A stretch of 64,000 nucleotides of DNA from Octopus bimaculoides (Eukaryota). The notes under the pieces were generated by a model, which ran no database searches, was not told the DNA's origin, and saw only the letters and a program-made list of their open reading frames with translations. The DNA is taken from assembly GCF_001194135.2 (NCBI RefSeq), contig NC_068982.1, positions 46,963,854 through 47,027,853 on the forward strand, written 5' to 3'. Both the position numbers and the translations under genes were made by a program. Shown here in pieces: positions 1 through 11,989 of the stretch (positions within the stretch are counted from its first letter, which is position 1; each line of letters starts with the position of its first letter).

Positions 1-164
1 ATGCATCAAAACGGTTTGGTTCAAATTGGTTGGTACTCTTCAGTTTCAAATGTGATGCTAGTTGTCAGCCATTTTCAATTTGAAAATTGAAAATGGCTGA
101 TGACTAGCATCACGATTGAAACTCAAGTATACCAACAAATTTGAATCAAACTATTTTGATCCAT
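1..164. repeat. Imperfect ~80-bp-arm palindrome (fold-back/MITE-like), cut by window start
   Basis: 5-80 is the approximate reverse complement of 85-160 (ATCAAAACGGTTTGG...CCATTTTCAATT / AATTGAAAATGG...CTATTTTGAT). Confidence 0.85.
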
Positions 165-221
165 ACATGTAACTCCCAATAAATTGATTGCATACTCTTC
201 TTTTGTTTGTCCACTCACTTG

Positions 222-260
<39 letters not shown>

Positions 261-270
261 NNNNNNNNNN

Positions 271-312
<42 letters not shown>

Positions 313-371
313 TACATACACATACAAATATATATATGTATATGTATATTTGTGTGTTGAGTGTGTGTTTG

Positions 372-626
372 TTTTGTGTCTCCTAGGCTTGACATCACAT
401 GATAGTTGTAAATGAGTGTTACTGCCATAGAAACTGCATCGTTCATTTTCAATGTTCTTCAAGAACATGTCTGGCCATGGAGAAAATATAATCTTGTTTG
501 AAAACAGGTGAGGAGTAGCAACAAGAAGAGATTCTGGTCACAGAAAATCCATTTCAGATAAATTCCGTTCAACCCATGCTAGGATGGAAAAGTGGATATT
601 AGGAGATGATGACTATGATGATGATG
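372..626 (+). mobile_element. RTE-type 3'-tail repeat, older subfamily
   Basis: Ends in AACCCATGCTAG(G)ATGGAAAAGTGGA...(GAT)n; related copies at 33390-33670 (+) and 46615-46860 (-). Confidence 0.6.
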
Positions 627-939
627 TTAAATAGCCACATAAATAGCAACCTCACCCAAATACTTTTCATGAAGAATGGCACGAGAAAGAGTAAGTATTG
701 ATCTCTAAAGCTTGAGTATGTATTTTAAGTTAAATTAAGCATGATGGTCTAATATTTAAATTTGGCATTATCAGAATAATAGCTTGGTTTTTACAAAAAA
801 CTTCACATTAACATATTATCGACTTGATATAGATATATGCATGCATACATATACAAATATATATATATATATAAAATACACACACATATAATATATAATA
901 TGTAATATATGTAATATATAATATATAATATATATATAC

Positions 940-988
<49 letters not shown>

Positions 989-1492
989 CATGTATATACA
1001 TATATATATATATACATATATATATATACATATTTATATATATATATATATATATATATANNNNNNNNNNNNNNNNNNNNNNNNNNNNNNNNNNNNNNNN
1101 NNNNNNNNNNNNNNNNNNNNNNNNNNNNNNNNNNNNNNNNNNNNNNNNNNNNNNNNNNNNNNNNNNNNNNNNNNNNNNNNNNNNNNNNNNNNNNNNNNNN
1201 NNNNNNNNNNNNNNNNNNNNNNNNNNNNNNNNNNNNNNNNNNNNNNNNNNNNNNNNNNNNNNNNNNNNNNNNNNNNNNNNNNNNNNNNNNNNNNNNNNNN
1301 NNNNNNNNNNNNNNNNNNNNNNNNNNNNNNNNNNNNNNNNNNNNNNNNNNNNNNNNNNNNNNNNNNNNNNNNNNNNNNNNNNNNNNNNNNNNNNNNNNNN
1401 NNNNNNNNNNNNNNNNNNNNNNNNNNNNNNNNNNNNNNNNNNNNNNNNNNNNNNNNNNNNNNNNNNNNNNNNNNNNNNNNNNNNNNNNNNNN

Positions 1493-1555
<63 letters not shown>

Positions 1556-1757
1556 TTCTGTTTGTGTGTGTGTATATATAAGGTATGTTTATGTATGTAT
1601 GTATGTCTTTCTCTGTATGTATGTATATGTGTGTGTGTGCGTGTTTGCGCACGTGCATGTTTGAGTGTCTTTGTGTGTGTTTGTGTGTGTGTGTTGACTG
1701 TTAAAAGAAGAGAATGAATGATCAATAGCAAGTTCATGAGAAACAACAATTTTTTCC

Positions 1758-2035
1758 CTTCAAATCCCAGTGTGACACCTTGAGCAAATGTCTGCTACTA
1801 AAACCACAGGCTAACCAATGCCTTAGAAGTGAATTTGCTAGATGGAAACTGTGTGGAAGCCCACTGTATACATTGTGTACTGTGTAGTAAAAAGATTGCA
1901 TCCCAACCACATGGGTCTGGTTTCACTTCCACTGCATGGCAATTTGGACAAGTGTCTTCTACTATAGACTCAGGCCAACCAAAGCTTTGTGAATGCATTT
2001 AGTAGGCAAAAACTGAAAGAAGTCCATTGTATATA
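1758..2035 (+). mobile_element. Two fragments of tRNA-derived CORE-like SINE (family A head)
   Basis: CCTTGAGCAA / TTTGGACAAGTGTCTTCTACTATAG motifs shared with many copies in the window. Confidence 0.75.
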
Positions 2036-2089
2036 TATGTATCTATCAACCTGCTACATATCAAAAGCTAGATCTGTAGATAAATCAAG

Positions 2090-2500
2090 GTTCCAGCAAG
2101 TTGGACAGAGATATTTTGGTAGAATGGTGTAGTAGAGAGAGACATAGAACCTAAGAGACAATCACGGAAAAGGTAAAATTAAGGTGTGGAGCAAGAAACA
2201 ATATCAAGTAGGTAGAAGAGAAGGTAGACATCAGGTGTATCTAACAAGGAAAGAAGCTAGAGTTTAGCAGTTTGCCAATTTTCTATGACTCAAGAATCAG
2301 GTGTGGGAGGTACTCTGAAAAATAAAACAGGGTATCAGTGTATATCAAGATGTACACTGATGTACAGCAGAAATTGCACACATAATGATAGGGGTGCAAT
2401 CATTCTCACAGAGACCATGTAAAATAGAGATATAGAGATGCTGTTAGGGGAAGTTTCTGCACAAATGACATAATGGGAGAAAGGGAGAAAGATAGAGTGA
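2090..2500 (-). mobile_element. Possible CR1/L2-type LINE 3' remnant
   Basis: Pyrimidine-rich minus strand with weak resemblance to CR1 C-terminal motifs; highly decayed. Confidence 0.3.
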
Positions 2501-2519
2501 TAGCAGGGACCACTGTTGC

Positions 2520-3151
2520 TATCACCATGTTCATCATTTTGTCTCTATTTTTCCACATTTGCATAGGTTGGATGGTCCTTGTCTAGCAAAGTATTTTGAT
2601 GCTTGGCATTGTTCTTTCTTTTTTTTTATTCAAAAGGTTCAGCTTCTTGAGATTATTCTTCATCATTTCATCCCGATCTTCTTCTTCCATAGTTTCCATT
2701 TACTTATAGTACTTGGCGCTTCATTTTTTTCAGCACTCAGCATACAACTGACATCTTCTAGATGTGTCATATGCTTATAGCAATAAAGTATCTCTCTTGC
2801 ACACTGCATCAAATTCCTTTCATAATCAGTTCTCTCAGCTCATATGTGTTCCATTATTCAATGACACTAATAATATGCAACCAGGGAGCATGCTCATCTC
2901 ATTTCTTTTCAGTCTTTGCAAACTCTTTGCATAGAAGCCCACATCTCACTACAATCCTAAATTGCACTTTGTACACAAGGTACATACAATATTTCCTTCA
3001 CTTGGAAAAGAGAAACTCTTTGTTAACAGAAGTAATTGCTCCCTGAACATACTTCACCTCTTTCTTAATCTAATAACTATAATTTTGGAAGATCTTCCTC
3101 TAGAACTAAACAGGAGACCAAGGCAACAAAAACTATCAACTACTTCAAGCG
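2520..3151 (-). mobile_element. RTE LINE 3' end (C-terminal ORF plus tail), degraded
   Basis: Minus strand gives EVVDSFCCLG (cf. LEVVDSFxYLG) and RLKRNEMSML (cf. RLERNExSM), then the shared RTE 3' tail. Confidence 0.75.
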
Positions 3152-3153
3152 TA

Positions 3154-4023
3154 CATAGTCTGATCAACAAGTATCTGGACTGTTGCTATAGTAACAAAAC
3201 TAAAGCACAGAGAGTGAAGCCACTTGATACAGATTAACCTTGAACTCTGCTATGCATGTGCACTAAGTTCTAACGTTCTAGCTCACTCCTGCTTTTTACA
3301 GCAGTGCTTGGAAGGAAAGTGTGTAGCATGTGATTGTCGCATTGACCATGACACAGAAAGCTGAGCAGAGAATCTGCATCAAATTTTGCCAAAAGCTTGG
3401 TGATACCTACTCAGAGGCCTATGCAAAGTTTTCAAAATGTTTTCTTTGTTCTCAACACAATCAAGGAGATCTTGTGCAAATGAAACCTGAGTGTCTATCT
3501 GGCAGCTGAAAGCAGTTTTGGCACAAACTTAGCAGACACATATCTCATTCCCAAATCTTCAGTGATAATGGTCTGAACTGAGTTGTAGCAAATCTGCACA
3601 TTCTCTGATAACTCAGGGATGGTGAGTCGACAATTTCCCTTCATAACTGCATACACATCTGCAATGTTTTTCTCAGTTCTGCTCGTTGCAGGTCTCCCAG
3701 AATGTTCAACATTTATCATCATTTTTTCAGCCATCTTGGAAATGTCTGAACCACTCATACACTTGTGTGGCTCATACACTCCTCTCCATACACTTTCTGC
3801 AACGTTGCATAGGCCATTGAGCAGGCATCTCTGTCATGGTCAATGCGACGATCACATGCTACACACCTTCCTTCCAAGCACTGCTGTAAACAGTAGAAAT
3901 GAGCTAGAATGTTAAAACTTAGTGTGCATGCATAACAGGTCAATCTCTGCCAAGCAGCTTCACTTTGCATGCTTTAGCTTCGTGACAATGGCAACAGTCC
4001 AGATACTTATTGATCAGACCTAG
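3154..4023. mobile_element. Mariner-derived element with two 5' ends (long inverted repeats), TA-flanked
   Basis: TA|CATAGTCTGATCAACAAGTATCTGGAC ... GTCCAGATACTTATTGATCAGACCTAG|TA. Plus arm encodes MTQKAEQRICIKFCQKLGD; minus arm encodes SGRPATSRTEKNI...TEDLGMRYVSAKFVPKLL. Confidence 0.85.
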
Positions 4024-4339
4024 TATAGAGAAATTTATTTCACCTGTACTCTATTAGTTAACTATTCCTGTATATCTATATCTATCTCACATGGAGTTTA
4101 CCTTCTCTGGTAGCTTGCTTGTGAGCCACCAGTAGAAGAGCATACAAGAGGATTTTCAAGCCTTGCGCAATCAATTAAAAAACTATACATACATGTGTGT
4201 GTGCATGTGTGTGTGTGTTGTGTGTATGTGTGTGTTGTGTGTGAGTGTGTGTTGTGCACGTGTGTGTGTGTGTGTGTGTGTGCGTGCACACGTGCATGTG
4301 TTGTGTGAGTATAACCAAAAGTTAAAATTACATAAAAAT

Positions 4340-5230
4340 GTGTTTATAGTTATAAAATGAAATGTGAGTTTCATCAATCTGGGAAGGAAAGTACAAGAAC
4401 TAATCAATGAGATGTAAAGATATTCTTGGAATATTATAAGAGCTGCTGAAAAAAGATGTACAAAATGGGGAGAATTTATGGCAGATAATAGGCATAAAAT
4501 ATGGTTTAGCAGCTGAAAAAAAAACAAAGGTGTAGAAATGGTATATAAATATAGCTGAAAGTCAGTAATACATATTACACTGAATTCTAGCAGAATATGC
4601 CCAATAAGACTGACAGCTAAGTCATACAACATCATAATCATCCAGATTTATGCTCCAACCATCACTTACAATGATGAAGAAATGGAGAAATTCTACTGAG
4701 ATCTAGGGGAGAAAAAATGACTTGCAAAGCAAAGAAAACACACTTATAATTCAAGATGCTACAATGCAATGATTGGATTAGATATTTGTGATACTTGGAA
4801 AGGAATACTCAATAAATTTGACTTGTAAAAATAAAACTTGTAAAAGGAAACCAAGGTTATTAGAATTTGCAAAACAACACAAACTAATTATAGAAAATAT
4901 ACCAGCAGAAACTGTCATGAACAATAACATGGTATTCACCTTGAGGAATACATAAAGCAGATTGATTTTATTATCATCTCACCAAAATATATCAATGGAA
5001 GATAAAGGGACAAAAATATACTGATAGAGCATAAATAAGGCTAAAACTCAAATTTTTCCAGGTATAGATATAAGCAATTATTGCTAACTTTTTTTTTCTT
5101 ATAATGACATTATAAGTTAAGCTCAAATCGGTCATGAAGAAATGAATGTAAGAATAAAAGTTTATCTTGAAAAATTTTAAGACCTGAACACAGCAAAAGA
5201 ATTTAAATCAGAGACAAGAATAAATCACAT
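4340..5230 (+). mobile_element. RTE-clade LINE apurinic endonuclease region, pseudogenised
   Basis: IIIQIYAPTITYNDEEMEKFY, RLLEFAKQHKLIIEN, TWYSP and QIDFII motifs, with stops and frameshifts. Confidence 0.8.
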
Positions 5231-5867
5231 CTCTGCAATTTTTTTACAAGATGCTAATGTTCAAGAAATAACAGGAGCATTTGTAGAAGTAATAATGACA
5301 ACCACCAACATTCTTAATCAGAGAAAAAAAGTAAATCAAGAACTCTTGGATAAATAGAGCTATTTCAGTCAGTTGTGATAAAGGAAAAGACCTGCAACAG
5401 AGATGATAAAAATAAAAAAAATAAAAAAAAACAAAAAAACATAGAATGAATATAGAAATGCAAAAATAGGAAGTAAAGTAGCCAAAGATATGAGGAAGTA
5501 TGAAGATGTCAGATATCAAATAATTCAATTCAAGCATACCAAATATTTACAGAGTTAATCAAACTAAGGACATTGATATAAAAATATATACATCTACATA
5601 TGAATATGATCCACCCCTCATAATATTCATAATCCAGAGAAGCAAACCCAGAGTTACCCATCAGGAGAATTACAGCAGGATTGCTAATACCAAGTGATCA
5701 TTGATGTCTATTACTACTTGGTACAGTAGTTATAAACTACTCTACAACACATTTTTAAAAAACAACTTTCACTTTGAACAATTTGTAAAAGTATGTACAT
5801 TATTAACAAATATTTTTACCGGCAGCATAGTGATGGGAAATGACCTAGTTAAAATTAAACCACTAAC

Positions 5868-6130
5868 CTTCAATCTCTCCTGGAAACTCAGTTTTGATGG
5901 GCTTCAAGTATGGAATATCATCATCAATAAGGGTTAACATTTCCTCATTATCAACAGTATTTAGATTGTCGATGTCAGCATCATCTTCAGCTTCAGATTC
6001 TGTTAAGCTATCACTGTGGTCACTTCCCCCAGCTTCTGAGCAATTTGAATTGCAGCTTGAAGCTTCTGCTGACAGCCTGTCTTCATTGTCGTAATTTTCA
6101 GCCATTGTAGAGTCACTAATATTTAAATCA
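5868..6130 (-). CDS. Candidate host-gene exon encoding an acidic/Ser-rich segment (DLNISDSTMAENYDNEDRLSAE...LKPIKTEFPGEIE)
   Basis: Polypyrimidine tract and TTTTTTGCAG acceptor at 6131-6132, GAAG|GTTAGT donor at 5867, 87 stop-free codons, non-repetitive, no TE motif recognised. Identity unknown. Confidence 0.55.
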
Positions 6131-6164
6131 CTGCAAAAAATAAGTATAAAAAAGTAATAAGCAG

Positions 6165-6480
6165 GGGAAATAACCATGAAATAAAGTAGGAAAAATATCC
6201 ATGAAATAAACGACAAATATAACGATGTTATCACAAGTAGCAAATGTAACCATGATATAAAAAGCAAATATAATCATGAAATGAATAGCAAACATAACCA
6301 TGAAGGTACAAGTAACATAGCCATTAAACATGTAGTCGATATGACCATGAAATGAACAGCGAATATAAGTACAATATAAGTAGTAAATATAACTATGATA
6401 TGAGTAGCAACTATGATAATGAACTTAGTGGTAAATGTAACCAAGAAATAAATAGTAACTATAATATAAGTATGATAAAA
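6165..6480. repeat. Degenerate ~24-bp minisatellite (consensus about AGTAGCAAATATAACCATGAAATG)
   Basis: About 12 diverged copies with AACCATGA cores. Confidence 0.75.
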
Positions 6481-7392
6481 GAAGCATATATAATTTTATT
6501 TGATTTTGAAATTATCGCTTGCATTTTTCTTTTTTTTTTTTTTTTCAATATGGCTTCTTCTACAAGAGTGCCAATAAGAAGTACTAACACAAAACAAAGA
6601 CACACTCCCAGCTCAGTGTAGCTAGAAAAATTTTCATATTAACAGTTATTGTGAGGAGGAGTGATAAAGCTTTGGGTGAGAAAACTCAGGCTTTGAAGAG
6701 AATCAACTAAGCAGTCTATTTCAAAGTGTATTCAGTTTGAGGACTATGAATAACTCTCAGAATTTTCATAGCATGGCAGTATTTGCCAATTTGAGATCAA
6801 ATTCTACAGGTATGGAAGTGTCATTACTGGGACCTTTCCAAAATACACAGAGTGCAACAAAACCATTGAACTGTGAAGTTATGTCAAACAGCTGTTGTCA
6901 TGTATAGAATGGATCTGGCTATCATTTGAGTCCATTACACAGATTGCACCCCTGTCTTCCATGAACCAGGAAAAACAAGCAATTTTCCCCTGCCTGGCAG
7001 CTATAGTGAAAGAGGTTGTATAGTGGAGAAGATTGGAAATGCTGAGGATGAGCACTTCCCACTTGAGCTAAATCTTCAAAATCTTCATGGACATTCTCAT
7101 ATTCCCCTTGTAGAGGGAAGTCAGATACAGAGAAGGAGGTGCTACCCTCAAGCAAACTTGTTTTAGAAGATGAGTGGAATTGGTGAGAGTGGCTCTAGTG
7201 AGTGGGACTACTTTCAGCATGCACATGAAAGCTGGAGAAAACAGTATGGAAAGGTCACTTTTTGTAGTTAGGATGATACAATGTTTAATGGGTTTCTTTG
7301 ATTGGGCTTAGGTGATTCTTGCCTCACTTCCCACTGGGAGCCTTTCCCTTATTGATATTCCAGTTTTATGTTTTGTCTTTGTACCATCACCA

Positions 7393-7475
7393 ATGTTTTG
7401 TAATTTTGTAGCCAATAGAAAACAGATTATTATAATTGTTATAATGCTGCTGCTTAGCATTAATGTTGTAATGGG
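7393..7475 (+). CDS. Weak candidate signal-peptide exon MFCNFVANRKQIIIIVIMLLLSINVVMG
   Basis: Basic-then-hydrophobic peptide ending at a perfect GG|GTAAGT donor; no downstream exon identified. Confidence 0.25.
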
Positions 7476-7579
7476 GTAAGTTACATTTCCTGTCAGACCA
7501 AAAGCCATAGTCTGAATTTTACCATTTGAAACCAAATATATGTTCTTGTCTGTATTGTCAGGTGTGAAATTCAATGTCT

Positions 7580-7725
7580 TCATCATCATCATCATTTAAT
7601 GTCTGCTCTCAATGCAGATATGGATTGGGTGGTTTGACAACAGCTAGCAAACCAGAGGACTGCACCAGGCTGCACTGTCTGCTTTGGCAAGGTTTTTTGG
7701 GCTGGATACCTTTCCTAACACCAAA
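7580..7725 (-). mobile_element. RTE 3' tail fragment
   Basis: (CAT)n TTTAATGTCTG...GGTGGTTTGAC pattern. Confidence 0.7.
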
Positions 7726-8814
7726 TATACAAATATATTAAATGAATGTTCTTGAGCTAATGTTCTATTTGAGTGTCACACACACGCAAGCAGATAATGA
7801 CCATAAGGGGAAAAGCAGAACATTATGTGTTTTTAAATTAGTAGAAACGACAATTGACAAATCATTTCTTATTCAGCTTAACATGACTTCTGATTTGAAA
7901 CAGTTGAAAAGAAAGCTACTTCTATTCTATGCTGCTGGTTTTTTAAGGTCTGTGGAATAAGTAGTGACAAGATGAAACTTAGAAGTGCTAAGTTGCTGAG
8001 AGAAGATTCATTTTTCAGTATTACCTCAAAAATGACCAACAGATTACTGCATTTTTAATGGCCCAAATAAAGTATGAGAAACAGTGAAAGACTTAAAATG
8101 TAATCTAATTATGAAGGTGAAACTCTAAACTGTAGCTTGTATAAGTCAAACTACAAATTACCTTAGTTTCATCTCATTACTGAAAGGTAAGGGAAAATGA
8201 GTGTAAAATTTCCTGCACCTGAAAAGGATTTCTGAAAGCTAGCTTCACCATATAAAGAAAATAATAGACTGTTGTTCTCCCATTGGATGCAATGCTTGTC
8301 TAAAGCTTAATTGTCTGTTACCTATTAGCAACAGCCAGGGAAACTAAAGCAAAAGCAATGGAGAATATAGTGTTTCACCCAGAAACAATAAATTGCAATC
8401 AAGATATAGTTCTTGTAACTCATAATGTAAACAAAAGTTACCAGGAAATTACTTTATTCAAATCAAATAAAATAAATGTTCAATTTCATGCTTTTTTTTT
8501 TTTACTCAAAACTGGAAAGTAATTTTATGCAATTAACCAAAATTGATGTTATTAGCATATGCAATAAACCAATCAATTTCACAAAGTTTAGCAGTTAAAC
8601 AAATTTGTGTTTGAGAAGTTATGCAATTAACTGAATTATACACTCATTCAGTATGTTGCTTAAGTAAAATCAATTGTGGCAGAGGAGATACAGATAGAAT
8701 CAGTAAAGAATAAAGTTTACATTTGTGTAAAACCTATAGTTCATATATAAATTTGAACTTCTGCATGTATCTCTGTGTAGTCATTTCTTTGTATTTGTTT
8801 GTATATTTGTATAT

Positions 8815-9135
8815 TCATCACCATTATGATTTAGCATCTGTTTTCTATGCTGGCATGGGTTGGATGGTTTGACCAGTGCAAGCAAGTAGGAGAGCTGCAC
8901 CAAGTTCCAGTCTGATTTTGGTTGGTTTCTGTCCTACTGTCACTTGACAACCCGCGTTAATTTGACTACATCCCGGTAACTTAGTGGTTCAGCAAAAGAG
9001 ACCAACTAGAGTAAGCACTAGACTTTAAAATAAAATAATAAGTAGTGGAGTTGATTCATTCAATTAAAATTCTTCAACATGGTGCCCCAACATAGCCGCA
9101 GTCTAATGAGTAAGCCAAGTAAAAGATAAAAGATA
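8815..9135. mobile_element. RTE tail fragment (-) followed by family A SINE 3' half (+)
   Basis: CTATGCTGGCATGGGTTGGA, then CTTGACAACC...GCAAAAGAGACC...CCGCAGTC. Confidence 0.7.
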
Positions 9136-10029
9136 AAAAAAATTACTGAATTTATTTGAATGACCATACCAAACACAGCTTTGTGCCTTCAGAGTAACAA
9201 AAAAAGCATAATTTTTACCATTCTTAATAATATGGCTATTCACAGTGAGAATGTGAACAATTGAGCAGCTGTTATAGGCCCAATCAATACAAGTCGACAA
9301 AATTAAATATATGGCCATAAGATAACTACTTTTGACAACAGCCATTTCTCGATATATTTATAATAAATCATATATATTAGCTATATATATTTGTGTGTGT
9401 ATAATACACATATAGATATATAAACATATATGCATACAATATAGATATATGTATAAATATAATACATATAAATATATATATTATAAATATAATATATATA
9501 ACAATGTATAGATATAATACATACACATATACACAAATACATACATACATATATATACTGATGCATCATGGGAGGGTCATTTTCGTAATAAAATCACATG
9601 CACTGGATACACACATATATCGCAAGACACAAATACACACATATATACAGTATATACAGATACACATATTTTCTTTATTTTCTTATATTCTTTTACTGGT
9701 TTCCATCATTATACAAACACACATGAAAATATGCAAGTACAACCACACAGATACATATTTCTATGCATACAAGTCTACACACAGCACACAGCATACACGC
9801 ACAAGCAGACACACACACACACAGCAAACACACACATAACTATATATGATTATAGACATCTAACCAACCTATGCGTTTATAGAAAACCAGGCATTAAAGC
9901 CAATAACACGGATGATAATATACACATTTTATTGCACCATCAATACACATGTGCAAACATATATACAATCAATTGTACATACATACACACTTACATAATT
10001 ACATACACACAAACACAGATAACTAGCAC

Positions 10030-10322
10030 TCTGATGAGCGTTCCAGTTGATACAATCAACAGAACAGCCGGCTCATGAAATTCACATGCAAGTGGCTGAG
10101 TAATCTACAGATGCATGTAACTCTTAATGTAGGTCTCAGCATACAGAATGTGACAAGGCCAGCCCTTTGAAATATAGTTACTGCTCATTTTTGCCAGCTG
10201 AGTGTGAGTGGAGTGGAGCAACATGAAATAAAGTGTTTTGCTCAAGGACACACTATGCCACTGATCTCACAATCTTATGATCATGAGCCGAACACTCTAA
10301 CCACTAAGCCATACACCTTCAC
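10030..10322 (-). mobile_element. tRNA-derived SINE, family C (OR-like)
   Basis: CCAGCTGAGT..GAGCAACATGAAAT..TTGCTCAAG body and tRNA-like head; homologous to 11197-11574. Confidence 0.75.
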
Positions 10323-11196
10323 ACACACACACACACATGTACACATGCATGCACACACTCAAACACATTGTACACACATATATATATGCTTATACTCTAA
10401 CACACACAGACACACACAGACACACACACACACACACACACAGACATCTTGCCATTCAGTTACTAATTTCATTTTCCTTTTCTTCTTTTAATATTATCAT
10501 TTTCTTTTTTTTTTTTTCCATTTTTAGCCCCCACCACTAAATTCTCACAAAACTCCCAAATTATTTCAGAGAAAGAAAAGGCGAAAAAAAAAAGGTAAAA
10601 AAAAAAAAAAAAGAAAATAGAGAAATGAAAAGCTTGGAGTTGAGGAATTTAGTTCCACCACCAATAAAGTCTTGGCAATAATATGGAAAACAAAAAAGAT
10701 ATAATAATGCAAATATCATATAAATTTTTTATTCGTGCTGTGGGACATCTCTAAAGAGGAGGTGTAAAAATCTGATGACCATTTTTGTAATGGTAGCTAT
10801 ATTGTTTAGAATTCCGGTTGCCTTTCTTTCTACAGAGAATTCTTCATTGACAGGTTTTATGACCTAATGTGTTTATTGTAACCTGTTAAGTTTGTCAATG
10901 CAGGAGGGTTTTCTTCATTTTTTGTGTGTTTTTGCAGCAGTTCTTCCTAGTTATTGTTGTTGCTAATGATAACGATGATGTTGTCAGTGTTACTATTGTT
11001 GTCAGTGCTGTAGATGGTGTTGTTGTTGTTGTTGTTTTAGTTTAGCACTAGCACTGCCCTCATCGAGCATACCTATGATCAAAAGTATTCCAGGATTCAA
11101 ACTATGATCATTCCATCTTCTCTCCTGTATGTGCAAGGGTCACAAAGATCAAATTTGACAGAGATTGAGTTGCTATGTCTAGCAGTTTTGAATGGT

Positions 11197-11574
11197 TGTC
11201 ACTCCGTCGGTTACGATGACGAGGGTTCCAGTTGATCCGATCAACAGAACAGCCTGCTCGTGAAATTAACGTGCAAGTGGCTGAGCACTCCACAGACACG
11301 TGTACCCTTAATGTAGTTCTCTGGGAGATTCAGCGTGACACAGTGTGACAAGGTTGGCCTTTGAAATACAGGTACAACAGAAATAGGAAGAAAGAGTGAG
11401 AGAAAGTTGTGGTGAAAGAGTACAGCAGGGTTCGCCCCCATCCCCTGTTGGAGCCTCGTGGAACTTTAGGTGTTTTCGCTCAATAAACACTCACAATGCC
11501 CGGTCTGGGAATCGAAACCACGATCCTACGACCGCGAGTCTGCTGCCCTAACCACTGGGCCATTGCGCCTCCAC
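11197..11574 (-). mobile_element. Young tRNA-derived SINE (family C relative) with intact A and B boxes
   Basis: Head GGAGGCGCAATGGCCCAGTGGTTAGG...GGTTTCGATTCC; CpGs retained; AGCAGTTT(T)GAAT occurs near both ends (TSD-like). Confidence 0.85.
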
Positions 11575-11810
11575 AGCAGTTTGAATAACCATGTAGAGAT
11601 ACAGTTGTAGGCTTATGAAAGTACCAGTAATATTCTCATGAGTTGATTCAATCAACAAGACCACTCTTATATAGATTTATAACCCCTTGCAAATGCAAAA
11701 AAACCATCATTCCATAACTTTATTTATAAGTTTTAGGGAGGTAAGAGAGCAAATCTTGAAAAATGCAGGAACAAGTTTACTGTCAGTTTTAATTCATTCC
11801 TTTGTTTTCC

Positions 11811-11836
11811 CTGAAGAAGGACTCTCTCCAAAACAT
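11811..11836 (+). ncRNA. Decayed minimal hammerhead-like core
   Basis: CTGAAGA-A-GGA(CTCTC)TCC-AAAAC-AT; two CG>CA changes would restore CC-GAAAC-GT; stem I not evident. Confidence 0.35.
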
Positions 11837-11989
11837 TTTATGTATGCTATTTAGATATACTTATGTGTCTATGTATATATATTCTTGTTTCACTTTATAG
11901 ATATATTTATGCATGTGTTTGTGTTTGTGTGTGTGTGCATGTGCATGCGTGTGTAAGTGATTCCATAATTATGTATGTATGAGTGAATC

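Noticed and set aside
10033-10050. CTGATGAG motif
   Set aside because: A decayed version of the family C SINE tail (GATGACGAGGGTTCCAG), with no GAAA partner.
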